Of a DNA stretch of 64,000 nucleotides, positions 45,611 to 59,471 are shown piece after piece. Positions within the stretch are counted from its first letter, which is position 1; the number at the start of each line of letters is the position of its first letter. Made by a program: the position numbers and the translations under genes. Under the pieces are notes generated by a model. That model was given only the letters and a program-made list of their open reading frames with translations, did no database searches and was not told where the DNA came from. Source of the DNA: Chrysomallon squamiferum (Eukaryota > Animalia > Mollusca); contig CM022674.1 of the NCBI GenBank assembly GCA_012295275.1, positions 11,904,001-11,968,000 on the forward strand, given 5' to 3'.

Positions 45611-46469
45611 TATTTTTAAACTGTATTTATTCTTCACACGTTTAAATGTACCGCCAAAGATTCACTTTATGTTTTTTGTTCTGTCAGATACATACACCTC
45701 TAAGTGTCGTATCTGTCTGTCTGTAAGTCTTTAAGTCTAAACTGAATCAGCCTCTGTCTGTTAGTATGTGCGTCTCTTTTTGTGTCTCCTTTGCGTGTGT
45801 GTGTGTGAGTGTGTGTGTGCGTGAGTTTTTTTTTTTCGTTTTTATTTTTTGTTGTTTTCTTTTTTCACGTCAACTTCCCGGACCTTTTTCTTTTTCCGGA
45901 TTCCGCGTCAGAAATTTAGCAGACACTCGTCTGTTACAGAACACAGGTTTTCAATCTTTACATCTCCAGAGACCTGAAATTTAACACGAAAAGTCTTGAG
46001 GGAAACAACAGAAAAAAAAAGAGTAATAATAATAAGATAGAAAAATAACTCAAACGAGACGTTGTTTTAAATTACAACAAACTTAGACATAATTATAATA
46101 AACAGAATACGGAGAGGTAAACTGCCTAAGGAATGGTTGTACACATAAATATAAATATAATATAACTTAATATCAAGAAACAAATATAAAAATAAATGGA
46201 TTTCTTTTGTGTGATGGACAGACTTTTATAACAATGGAAGAGAAAAATGTATACAGATATATATATATATATATATAGAATAAAAGAAGAATAAAGAGAG
46301 ACGGAGAGAGAGAGCAGAGAGGGAGAAGAGAGAGACAGACGGAGAAGGAGTAAAAGGGAAAGAAATTTAGAAAGAAAGAATGAAATTTAGTAAGAGACAG
46401 AGATCAAAAATACAAATACAGAATGTGAGAGAGAATGAAACAGATAGAAAAGGCAGACAAATTAATCCA

Positions 46470-46519
<50 letters not shown>

Positions 46520-46731
46520 ATGTATGTATGTATGTATGTATGTATGTATGTATGTATAGGTAGACAGATTCAAAATACAGAGACAATAAAAGGGAAAGAG
46601 ATAACAAGCTAAACAAAGATAACAGAAACGAACCAAACTATCACATAAAAAAAAAAATACGGAACCATATGATATATAGTCAGCATGAATGAAGTCAGAT
46701 AAAATGATGGAAGGATGAATGTATAGATACA

Positions 46732-46856
<125 letters not shown>

Positions 46857-46858
46857 AG

Positions 46859-46889
<31 letters not shown>

Positions 46890-47459
46890 GATAGATAAAC
46901 AGAAAGAATGATAGATAGAGATATAGAGATCAAGACAGATAACAAGATAAAGGATCAATCAGAGATATAGAAAGATAGAAGGATGGAGTTGGCAGTGGAA
47001 AACAGTATATTGATTAGACAGATTAATTAGAAATATATATTACTCTTTCTTTCTTTCGTTTTCGTCTTTTCTTGTTTTCTCTCTTTCACTGCCTTCTGTC
47101 TATCTATTTTTCTAAGTATGTATATAGAGAGTCGGAAAGGACAAAAACGAAAGAAATAAAGAAAAGAAATAAAAGATAGAAAGAGGAATATCTGACTCTG
47201 TAACTGGTGATTCAGTTAAATAACAGAACTACGCCCATGCCAGTAACTTTTTTTTTTTTTTTTTTGTATTTTTTTTTTTAAAACTGTTATCTAAAGTGAC
47301 TGCTGAAACCGTCTCAATTACTTTGTCTTAAAACACGACTGACGGCCAAATTACCAGGATTCCTCGACACCTTTTGTGTCAAGCAGTATGTTCCCTAGAC
47401 GATGTTGGTACCGTCGTTGCTGACGTTAAAATCCATTACTTCAACAACCATGACGAACT

Positions 47460-47625
47460 GATCTGGCCCCGGGGACCGCCTGCGATTGCTTGAATTAAAG
47501 CTGTCCAATCAACACGAGTTTCTAAATCGAAATCGCCAACCGAAACCAATTGACGTCACTAGTGAGAGGAGGGCGCTTCCAGCAGACGAACCCAGGTGGG
47601 GTGGGGTGCGGAGTGTGGGGGTGAA
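47460..47625. promoter_or_regulatory. Promoter- or enhancer-like element (CCAAT x2, CRE, GT/GC box)
   Basis: CCAATC at ~47505, CCAAT abutting TGACGTCA at 47551-47558, and GGTGGGGTGGGG at ~47595, in a CpG-rich patch. Confidence 0.5.
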
Positions 47626-47694
47626 AAAAAAAAGTTTAAATTTTGTAACCATTATTATCAAACAATTGTGTGGCTCTTACAAAAAGAACAAAAC

Positions 47695-47763
<69 letters not shown>

Positions 47764-49276
47764 TTTAATAAGTCTGTATAGTTTTTCTATTGTTCTGTAT
47801 GTTCCTGTCATATGCCTGGATTGGGGTTGTAAGTGATGCGATGTTACATTCAGATATGTGGCGGGTTAGAGACATCGGAAGTTTCCTACAGACATAGTTC
47901 AAATTAGACTAAAGCATTTTTCTTTTCTTCTTTTGATTTTATATTTTTATATTCTTATAATTTGGTGATAATGATGGCGTTAAATTATTTCAGTCCTTCT
48001 CGCTCCTTCCACTGGAGTGTTTCACCCACGAGTTATTTTATAAATGTCGCGGTAAGTGCACGCCTGTCCACGAGAAGGTTGAGCTCGACGGTACTTTCTG
48101 CTAATCAGTAGTTAGTGTCTGACAGCAGCGGATTTCTCCTCTTATCTGTAAAGTTATTAACAGCATTTATGTAACCTTCCTTTGTTTTCTTGCAAACTGT
48201 CATTTCTGTGCAACATTTCTTTCTTTATTTATTTCTTCATTTCTTTATTTCTTTATTCCTTTATTTATCCACGGTCATTTAACGAAAGCAAGCAAGAGGG
48301 GTTTTACTTTCTTTTTTTGTTTTCTGTAAACATTCTACAATTCGCCATTAATTATTTATTTGTTTCCTTCCACACCTAATAGTCTGTCTTTGAAATAAAC
48401 AATATTCTTTTGTCATTAAAAATAGATTCCCTTCCGTCCCCTTTGTCCATCTCTTCAACCCCTGTAATCCTGTCTCCCACCCACGTGATCAACCGCCACC
48501 GTCGCAGACCTCACGGATAAACGGGAAACTGAACTTTGTCTACAACACTATTAATGGCGCGACAGAGAAGACGTCTCCCTGACTAAAACAAACAGGAGAT
48601 GTTCTGTTATTAAACACAAATAATTGTTTTTTTAACTGTTTTTTTTTTTTTTTTTTCTTCTTTTCATAACACAGACGACCTGGGATCGCTTCCCAACGGA
48701 ACCTGTGTTAGACTCAATGAATAACTCAGTAAATGGCGCAATGATAAAAAAAAAAAAAAAAAAAATAAATAGTCTGTATTCAACACAACACTAAATAATT
48801 ATTCATTTTTCTCCCTCTCTCGTTCCTCACCTGTTCTTCCTCTCATGCGGCGGACCCCGGATCGCTCCCCCGCAGTCTCAGACAAAGTGAGACGCGGCGA
48901 GTAACGGTGTTATTGGTAGAAGTGGTTTCATCGATTGTCAGGTTATGATCTTTCAATGAATAATCAAACGATCGGAACGCACAGCTAACTCTTTAAAACC
49001 GTTTAATGAACCGGAACCGCTACTTTGATGCAGTTTCACCACAATGCGTGTTTACGAGACAGCCATCTTTTTATCGATGTCGGAAACGGTTTTACTATTT
49101 TTACACACACGGTATCGGTATTATTGTAAATTTTAGTACAATAAGTCTCGACTCGACTCTTTTCATTTGGTTGAAAATTAAACAAGAATAAATAAATAAT
49201 AAGAAAATAATAATAATAATAATAAAAAACAACAACATTATGCTGAAAGCAAGATAAATAAGATAAAGTATTTACA

Positions 49277-49329
<53 letters not shown>

Positions 49330-49340
49330 TAATCAAAAAA

Positions 49341-49384
<44 letters not shown>

Positions 49385-49859
49385 AATTTCGACAAATCTC
49401 GTCCGTTAAATGAACAAAACGTTAATTAATGACGACGCTCACGTGGTTCGAAGCATGCGTACTGGAACCCACGCGATATACTAACTTCTAAACAACTACT
49501 TCACTTCCATTACGGCGGGACCGACACGGGCCGTGTTTGCTCACTGTTAATTGCGAATTTTTTAATCAGTGAGGTTTTTATTTCGCCCGATCCAGATGCT
49601 TTTCCCAGTTATTTGCTTTCCTCTCTGACGGAGAGAGGGGAAAACAAGAAGCTTTTCAAGCACGCGCAGTTTTTAATTCCGCAAAAAGCGAATCCATTGT
49701 GACGCGACCATTGTGCCTGCACGGGCGTCAGAAACATTAACCTGGCTTTTTTATTTACGGAAATTAAATTTACGTTTCCGAGTGGAAATATCGTGAACTG
49801 TTATTGCCTAGGAGAATTTAATATGTATACTGTTACTGTCGTTATTATTATTATTGTTA

Positions 49860-49915
<56 letters not shown>

Positions 49916-49967
49916 GTTATTGTTATTGTTATTATTATTATTATTATTTTATTTATTTATTTTTATT

Positions 49968-50017
<50 letters not shown>

Positions 50018-50377
50018 TGTGTGTGTTATTTTATCGAGTGTGTGTTTTAGTCGGGTCATGCTGATTCATCTCCGCACTCTTATCCTGTCACTAACCTGCT
50101 AGAAAACATTTCAAGTTCGGTCAGTGGACGAGGTGAGAGCTGCGTGGTCCAGTGGTCAGAGTTCTCAACATAATTTTTATTACGAGACACTGCAAATACA
50201 CAATGTGGAGAAATAGGATACAAAACAAACATTGCAGCAAACAAACAAACAAACAAAACAAACTAGATAACAAATATCTAAAATAAATAAATAAATATAC
50301 AAACAGAAAACAAACTAGTAAATAAATACTACTATTACTATTACTGTTATAACTATGATCGATACTAATAATACTAA

Positions 50378-50408
<31 letters not shown>

Positions 50409-52158
50409 AATAGTACTACTATTTGTAGTTAAAAATACAAAAAAACCCACTGACATGTAAAATTATATCAAACTACACACTACGTCTAAACAGATCACCA
50501 GCAATGAAATTAAAAGTTAGAAGGTGCATGACTTAACAAAGTTTGTCAGTTTTTTTAAATTCTGTCTTCCCAGTGCAAGCTGTAGCGACGTGGGCATCCT
50601 ACACACAGCGGCTTAAAGTGACACTCTCCGCCTGCCACCTCGTGTCTCAAACAGCAATCTCGACGTCAAGCACCGTCTAATTAGAGCGAGCTAAACGAGA
50701 CTCGGAGTGGGCTGACAACAGCGCGACCCGCTCTCCAGCAAACTGGAAGGATTTTAAATAATTAACCTGACGCTGTTTTCGTTCAGCTTTTTGTTCACTC
50801 CTTGTTAGTCGTTTCGTTTCGTTCGTTTCAAGATCCAGAATTTGATAGTTCCGGTTGGCGATTTGCCTGCTGTCAGCGGGGATTTTGTTGTCATGTCGGG
50901 TGGAAGTTGCAGACAATGGAAGACAGAGACGACGTCGTTGTAGTTCGGCGATACTGGAATGTAGAGTTTAGCATTCTCGCGTGAACGTCTGTAATTGAAC
51001 GCAATACAAACTATTCTCTGGTTTACGCAAACACTGACAGCAATTTACAATGTACATAATTTATACATCTGCAGTGTCAGTCTTTCAGTATCACATGTTT
51101 ATCTGCGCTTGCATGGATGTAACAAAAAGACATACAATAGCTGAATGCATATATATATATGTTATACTTCATTAAATACTTATATACATACACACTTACA
51201 TTATGTACATACGTATTTAATATGTACATACATACATACGTACGTTAGTACTTACACATGTATGTGCATATAATAGCTGAATGCATGCAAATGTTATACT
51301 TTAATACTCATATACATACGTATGTTAGTACTTACATCAGTACATTCATTCATTAATTCGTACTTGAATACATATATACATACAAATACACACACGTACA
51401 AACACACACAAACTCACACACAAACATGCATACACACATACATACAGTCCTGCCAACCTACCTACATACATACGTTTTTATACGTTAACATACGTCCACC
51501 TGTAAAACCAGTGTTTCAGTGTGCGGCGCTCGCGTTGTCACGTGTTACACGATACTCCCGTGTTCCTGGTTTAATCAAAGCGTGATCCTGCAGTCATTAC
51601 AAATGTTGACAGTGCGCGAAGACAAAGACATAAATGATTCACAAAACACGACAATTACAGTTAATTGCGGCGAGTCGGTTGCAGATACGTTCAAAGAGGC
51701 GGCGCGTACCTGTCCGCGGGGAGACGTCCCCCAGGGGAGCGAGGTGTGGCACTCGGTGGTGTAAACAATACAGACGTCAGTGATTGAGAGGTTCTGGCGA
51801 TAAAAATCAGCGACGCGAGGGAATCGAGTTTGTGTTAATTTGATTTCGTGTTAATAAAAGTCAGTCGGTGAAAGAGACTCCAATTTATCAACATTTACGA
51901 AGTCTTACAAGTGCTGGGATGAGCATAAACACAACAACATGCACAGATATGAAAACATTATATCTACATGCATGGACGCAGAAACATAAAGTTTAAGAAA
52001 GAAGCATTAATAGAGTATCAGTATGAAAAGTACATTTACAACGACAATAATAGAATAAAATATTTGAAGTATCGTTGTAAAAGAGACAAGAAAAAGAAAG
52101 ACATATTAGTGTGGTTTATTCACGGATACTTAGATTGTGAGAGTGAGAACTAGATATT

Positions 52159-52248
<90 letters not shown>

Positions 52249-52779
52249 AGGAGATGGGTGGGATTACAAATAGGAAAGATTTTGTACAGCAAATAAAAAT
52301 AATCTTATTTCACTTTAAACGAAACTCTATTTCGAATTATCCAGCATGCAACTATAGATTCTCGCAACATCTAATTTTATTGTATGAAATAAATAATAAG
52401 AGAGAGGTCCGGTCTTAGAAATGACCTCGAGTGGACGTTGATTAAAAAAAAGAAGAAGAAGAAAGAAATGAAACACAAGATTGATATTATTAATGCGAAT
52501 TCTAGTAAGCCTTGTATTAGAAATAGCAGACAATACTGGTCGTGTTGTACTTAATCGATTGATTAATGCAGAATATTAACTTTTGCTGAAAAGCTCCAGC
52601 AAGATAGGAAAAAAAATAAAATAAAATAAAAAAAATAAAAAAATTGCACAGTGTTAAGATGTAAAAGCGTGCAAACTGAAACAATTCCCATAACGTTCGC
52701 GTCGAAAAACTTTTTGTTTAAACTCTGTTACCCGTTTTCGTTACTTCTCTCTCGGACGTTGAACAACTCATTTGAATAA

Positions 52780-53058
52780 AGGACCGCCCCTTTCTTTTAT
52801 TTCTCCTTTCATTAGTTGTTTGTTTTGCTAAAGAGGAGCGATCGTCGAAGAATGACAGGCGAACGCGCTCATTGGTCGGCCGCTTCGCGTCCGCGCAGCA
52901 GCGCCACCTGGAGTGGGCGGACAAGCGAGATGACGCCTCGGCCGGCGTTGATAGTTTCGTCCTATAATTAGCGGCGCGCACCGCAGAGCCGGGCAGACAC
53001 GCGAACACGGTGACGGAGTAGTATCATACTGATTCGTCCTACAGCTCACGTCACAGAC
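52780..53058 (+). promoter_or_regulatory. GC/CpG-rich core promoter and 5'UTR of the gene starting at 53059
   Basis: GC boxes (CCGCCCC ~52784, GTGGGCGG 52913-52920), ATTGG at 52871 and TATAATTA at 52963-52970; one of the most GC-rich non-coding patches in the window, ~95 bp before the ATG. Confidence 0.8.
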
Positions 53059-53127
53059 ATGGACTCTTCCTTCCTCAGATTATTTGTGGCTGTTTTTGTG
53101 TGTTTGGCTCTGGGTTGTGAAGCAGGG
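53059..53127 (+). CDS. First coding exon encoding a signal peptide (MDSSFLRLFVAVFVCLALGCEAG) of an unidentified secreted or membrane protein; gene probably continues beyond the window
   Basis: Good Kozak context (gacATGG), a typical n/h/c signal peptide, a perfect GTAAGT donor at 53128 (phase 0) and an upstream TATA promoter. Too short for the ORF track. Confidence 0.8.
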
Positions 53128-53919
53128 GTAAGTACCCGTATGTTGTTAGTCTCTCTCTCTCTCTCTCTCTCTCTCTGATTCTGTCTCTGTCTCTATCGTT
53201 TTGTCTGTCTTCTTTAAAATAAATAATAATTAAAAAACCCTTTCTATTCTTGTATATATTTTTTGTTTGTTTGTTTGTTGTTTTCCATACGTGAAAAATT
53301 AATTAATACAAAATTACATGTGTCACCAAACTGTGTTTTCCGACATAAATAATAAATTTATATTTAAAACATCGTTTTAATTAGTAAAAAAAAGTCATCC
53401 AACTATATTTCTTCTTAAAGTTTTCAATTTTTCAATGGATGAATGCGATGGAGAAACCTTTAGCGCATTTTAAATATATACTTTGTTTTTCCTAAGCGAC
53501 AAAAAGATTTTAAAAAGTAGATTAATATTATTTCAAATATGTATTAACCTTAAATACCGTTGTCATGGGAATTTTGGACCGATAATCGAGTGACTGTTTT
53601 TTGCAGATACAGATTTTGTCTTTGTTGTTGTTTTGGTTTATCTATATTTGCATTAGCATATTTTAATCAGTTTTGATATTGATTTTAATTTTAATATTGC
53701 GAAAATCTTTTTGTCAAGCTGTGCAAATATTTGTCACTTTTTAAACATTTACAGTTTAATATAAAAACTAACAAATTTCATACTTTCCGCCAAAACAAAC
53801 GAAACAAACAATTCTGACAACAACTAATCAGTTCACGATTGACTTCTTCATAGTGAGGTGTGTAACATTATCTAATGAACATTCATAGTATATATAACTG
53901 ACCTGAACATTAAAAAAAA

Positions 53920-54560
53920 AACATGTAGTGAACATGCAAACATATCTAATGAACACGTAGAAACTTCTAGTTGTAGCAAATATGTACAAACTATGTAGTG
54001 AACATGTAAAACTAAGCAATGAACGTATAAAACAATGCAAAGAACATGAAAAACTCTGTTGTAAACGTATAAAAACTATGTAGTGAATATGTAAAACTCT
54101 GTTGTAAACGTATAAAAACTATGTAGTGAACATGAAAAACTCTGTTGTAAACGTATAAAAACTATGTAGTGAACATGAAAAACTCTGTTGTAAACGTATA
54201 AAAACTATGCAGTGAACATGAAAAACTCTGTTGTAAACGTATAAAAACTATGTAGTGAACATGAAAAATGCAGTGTATAAAAACATGAAAAACTCTGTTG
54301 TAAACGTATAAAAACTATGTAGTGAACATGAAAAACTCTGTTGTAAACGTATAAAAACTATGTCAACATAAAAACAAGTTGAACATATAAAACCATGTAG
54401 TGAACATGTAAAACTGACGTAAACGTATAAAAACTATGTAGTGAACATGAAAAACTATGTTGTAAACGTATAAAAACTATGCAGTGAACATGCAACTATG
54501 TTGTAAACGTACAAAAACTATGTAGTGAACATGTAAAACTGATGTAAACGTATAAAAACG
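53920..54560. repeat. 43-bp minisatellite (~12 copies) built from two related ~21-bp subunits
   Basis: Unit aaaactctgttgtaaacgtataaaaactatgtagtgaacatga with period 43 (54054, 54097, 54140, 54183) and degenerate flanks. Confidence 0.95.
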
Positions 54561-55838
54561 TTAGAAAGTGTATAGTGAACTGGAATATACAAATAATGAA
54601 GTTACAAAAGTTTCGTAAATAACAAACGTGAAATTTTAAGTAGAACATTTTATGTTAGGAGATGTGAAAATCGTTTCAAAACTGGTTTAAAATATAAAAC
54701 AGTGCGTGAAGATTTCGTTATAAAATTTTGTAATTCAAAGTTCCTCCTTAACGAATGTGACTAGATCTTCATTCTTCTTCTTCTTTTTCATCACTCAAAA
54801 ACAAAGATTACATAAACTATTTTATATAATAAAGTTTCTCTTTGTAATTTTATTGTTGAAAAAAAAGTGGCTCAGTTTTCCGCATATAACTGTAATTTTA
54901 TTCATATCAATTGCATTCCTGTAAATCAGCAGATCTAAAAATCTTTTTGTATACCAGATTTCATTCCTTCTTGTAGCAGAGCACATTTTTTTATAAATTT
55001 TTTTTTTTTTATATCTTTCTGCCCAGCTAACAAGAAAATTAAAAAATTGTTAGAATACTCTTTCATTATTCGTCAGTCAGAGAGAGCGGTTAAACTGCAG
55101 GTGCTGCTATGCTGTAGTTCACTGGATCTATTCCTCCGAATGGCGTCCTTTGTGGTGTTTCTGGTTCCAGTCAGTGTAGATTTGTCATAGTTCAGTGTTG
55201 TATTAAAATATTTCTTGTTTCTTCTCTCTGACATCTTGTACAACAGAACACACAACTGACGTTCTCACGTGGAAAGTAACATGCAGTAATCTCTCTTTAT
55301 TCGTTCATTTGTTCAGTCGTTCTTTCGTTCCATCTATTTATTATTTCGTTCATTCATTCATTCCTATTTTCATTCAACTGTTCGTTCATTCATTCTTTAC
55401 GTCAGATTTCAGTTTCGATGTAAAGGATGTTTTTACAGAGCTCACGCGATCTCTAATGATTAGGTTCGATTCCCGTCACTGGAATCTATACTAAAATAAT
55501 TTCCAACCTGCGCGTAGGAACAGAAATATCACAGACTTCACATTACGTGTGGTCCTCTCCGGGACGAAAATATTTATACACTAAAATATTTATTATAACT
55601 AAATACAAAATACATATAAATACAAAAGTAAAAAAAAAAAAAAAAAAAAATAAACAAACAAAATAACAATAAACGAACAAACAAACAAAATAATAAAAAA
55701 AATCCCGAAATATCCTCCGATTAAAAAATATATATATATATAAAAAATTATCTAGCTTTCTTTTCAAACAGTCGAGATTGAATTAAACAATTTCAGAGAT
55801 AATACGAACCAATAAATTAGACAGAGAAAAGAAAGGAG

Positions 55839-55966
<128 letters not shown>

Positions 55967-56907
55967 CGTAATCAACTATTGTGATGAAACAAAGAAGGAC
56001 ACACATTTATTTTAGTCCAGGGAACAACAACATCCACGTCTCTCACGATTATTAATCAAGCACAGCGGTTTATCAACCTTGTTATCTTTCCTTTTAATAT
56101 TGATTAACTTCATTTATCACCCAGCGTATCAGTGTAATACAAAAAATACAATAAATATTTCAGCGATGTATCATGTACCCGATTCTCATGCCTGTGTGTA
56201 TATTTCGTTTCGTTAGTTTATGAGTCTGAAGTTTTATTTTCATGTCGCAGTTAATTTCATAAATTAGAAAACTGAAAACAATTGTATTTGGCCTGCACAT
56301 GCAAACTGTTTGTACGATCGTATGTATGAATTTTATTTTCTGTTTAAATGTGCAGGGTTTTAGTTAGACGGTGCAAATATTAAACACGTTTTAGGAAGAA
56401 TGCATCAAAATTAATATACATGTTATGTATCTTTATTTAAAATTAATTTAGTTAAATTATTTGTTTTGTGTTTTCTCTACTAGCGCCTGCATGTATGTAC
56501 GTGCATATACATCTTGAATGTACGAATGTACGTGTGTGTTGTGTTTGTAGGTATACGTATATATATGCATAAATGTCTGTGTGTATGTGTATAACTGTCA
56601 GTGTGTCTGTATGTGTATCTTTGTCTGTGTGTATGTGTATAACTGTCAGTGTGTCTGTATGTGTATCTTCATCTGTGTATGTGTATGTCCATGTCTGATG
56701 TCTGTCTCTCTGTCTGTCTGTCGCTCACTCTCTCTTTTTTGGTTAGAGAATTAGTTAGAAAGAAAAGAGTATGTAATGTTAGTATGTTAGAATAAAAATT
56801 GAAAAGGAAAACAAGTTATAGTGTTAGTATGTTAGACGATGAATTAGAAATTTAGTGTTAGTATTTTAGAAAGAACTCATATAGAGATCTTACACCTCTC
56901 AACAGTA

Positions 56908-56968
56908 AGAGACCCGGGATCGAACTCGCTGCCTCCGAGTGACGAAGCGAAAAGCTTAACCACTGGAA
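56908..56968 (-). mobile_element. tRNA-derived SINE head
   Basis: The reverse strand reads CCAGTGGTTAAG (A box) ... GAGTTCGATCCCGGG (B box); no full acceptor stem. Confidence 0.6.
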
Positions 56969-58074
56969 AACATCTTGCCTGATAATTTCACATTTACATA
57001 AGTATTCTGCTTTCAGTAACAAACTAACAAAGAATAACTGTGATGTTTTCTTTACACTTATGTAAAAAAACAACTAAAAAAACTGACGAATGTTATTTAA
57101 CATTTTACCTGTGACTTCGATGTAGACTGTCACCACGTAATGCATGACGCTGGTTTACAAAGTGAAAGTTAATCAGTCGATAAAAACCACCTTGTTCTCG
57201 CAGATCACTCGACAGTGGGTTCACTGTACAAACTGAGCTTTAACAAGCAACCAAAAAGTGAATGTTTTTTTTAAAATTTATTTTTTGTTTGTTTTTTACT
57301 GCATTTGTTTTTCTTATTATTATCATTGCTATTATTATTATTGTTTTACTTCATATTATTACCTTTACGACAACTACTGCTACAGCTACTTCTAGTATTA
57401 CTACCACTACTAAAGTAACTACTACTACTACCACAGTTACTACTGCTACAACCACAGCTACTACTATCACATCTACTACTACTATAACTACTACCACTAC
57501 TATTATACTGCTACTACTATAATTACTATTACTATTACTGTACTTATTATTATTAATATAACTACTTTACTGCATCTGTTGCTACTACGACGACTACGAC
57601 TAGTACTACTACGACTGTAACTACAACTACCACTATTACTGCTGCGATTATAATACTAGGCAGGGAAGCAGACAGTACGAATCTTTATTGACCAATAAAC
57701 GTGTTTGACACGGAAAATAACTCATACCGGACAAAACTTGTTTCACTTCTATTTTTCTTTTAGTGACGTAACTCTCCACCCACCTGATGACTAACCTTTA
57801 TTACTAACACACGTTTGAATAAACAGTTGATCACAGACATTCTAACCAAGGAGGTACATGAGCTATTTCGAGGATATTATTTATATTTCGTCGGTTTGCT
57901 ATTTGAATATTTGGTGCGCACTTGATTGGGCTGTTTACTCGACTTTTGATTAATATGTCCATAAAACAGATGATTACAAGATGAAAGAAAAGTTTGTTTT
58001 AGAAAACAAACACGTTAATCTCATCTGTCACCAAACGTCATGTCTATATTAATTAGAAAATGACATAACACAAA

Positions 58075-58105
<31 letters not shown>

Positions 58106-58898
58106 TAACAACAATAACTGATACCTGATTAATTAAATTATTCTTTCTTTCTTTTTTTTTTTTTTTTATGTGATATTTGTATGTGTCTTATACCAAATTT
58201 AAAATATTTATCGAAGGCACTTACCGTTTTAATAAATCGTAGAAAAATCATTTACAAACTGAACGATTTCTGATCTCAATAATTCGCCGTGACGTCATTG
58301 CTATTATGATTACGTAAGTAGAAAAATGACCTGACCTTTTCTTAGCGTCGTTTAATCATTAATTAATCATATATTAATTTTTATTTTGTATTCTTCTTTC
58401 ACAGTTAGCCAGCAACTGATATTTTCTTACTGAAATTCATTCATCCAAACTTTTACTCATTTATTCATTCTTGTTTTTCATTAATTTATATACAAAACAT
58501 TCTTTTATTCACTTATTCATGCTTATATGCATTATTCATAGTTTTCATTAATTTATTCGAACATTTCATTCACGTAACCATGCAAAATAATGTTTTTCAG
58601 TTTTGTTACGTTTCATTAAAGAAAATTACAGGTATTATATTTCTCTTCAGTAACAAATAACATTTTGCCTGCTCAGGTAACAAATCTTTGTCAATTTTCC
58701 CAGCAACAGAATCTAATTTGCTGGTGCATATTAACTGTAAGACACGCGCTTTGATGCCAAGTTATGTGAAAATAACTGTGGTTACTGATATAAATATCCG
58801 CATTTTAAAGTAATTGAAATTCGGTGAATACTATAGGCGCCGCATTACGAAGCGACTTGTAAGAACAATCCTGTATTTTCACTTCTAAATTTTTTTAA

Positions 58899-58949
<51 letters not shown>

Positions 58950-59114
58950 TATTATTTAGTTAGTTAGTTACTTAGTTAGTTTATGAACAATATATAATAA
59001 AATTACTGTACAAGTAGAACATATGCAAATGTATTATGAAGGCTGTTTTAGAAATTAATATTATTATTTCATTTATCAGTCTGTTTTTTTGCTTGGTTTA
59101 ATTATTCAGTTTGT

Positions 59115-59166
<52 letters not shown>

Positions 59167-59414
59167 GAATTTTTTAAGTTAAAACATACCACCTCTTATT
59201 TAAAATTTGTGAGTTCAAATTTCCCTGTAAATCGTTAAAAATATTCGTAATATCGTACATTTATTCATTTACTTTTATAAATTAATTTAACAAAGTAAAT
59301 TTATAATAACAACGTTTTAAATCTTGAATACATATTAACCATTTTTATTTATTAAACAAGAAACAAACAAATTAAGAATCGAACAAGAACATACGAAAGA
59401 AACTAATAACCAAG

Positions 59415-59471
<57 letters not shown>

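Noticed and set aside
50955-50976. TGGAATGTA resembling the miR-1 5' end
   Set aside because: Only the seed region matches and there is no convincing hairpin.
52718-53049. Minus-strand ORFs across the GC-rich promoter
   Set aside because: They use non-ATG starts and stay open because of high GC; the region is better explained as the + strand promoter.
53920-54560. Regular repeat array resembling a CRISPR array
   Set aside because: Units are contiguous with no unique spacers, there are no cas genes, and the context is eukaryotic.
54758-54780. TGACTAGATC matching the miR-279 family 5' end
   Set aside because: No complementary arm nearby to form a precursor hairpin, and the 3' part diverges.
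55077-55190. Candidate second exon of the 53059 gene
   Set aside because: Weak donor, in-frame stop on read-through and no recognisable protein features.
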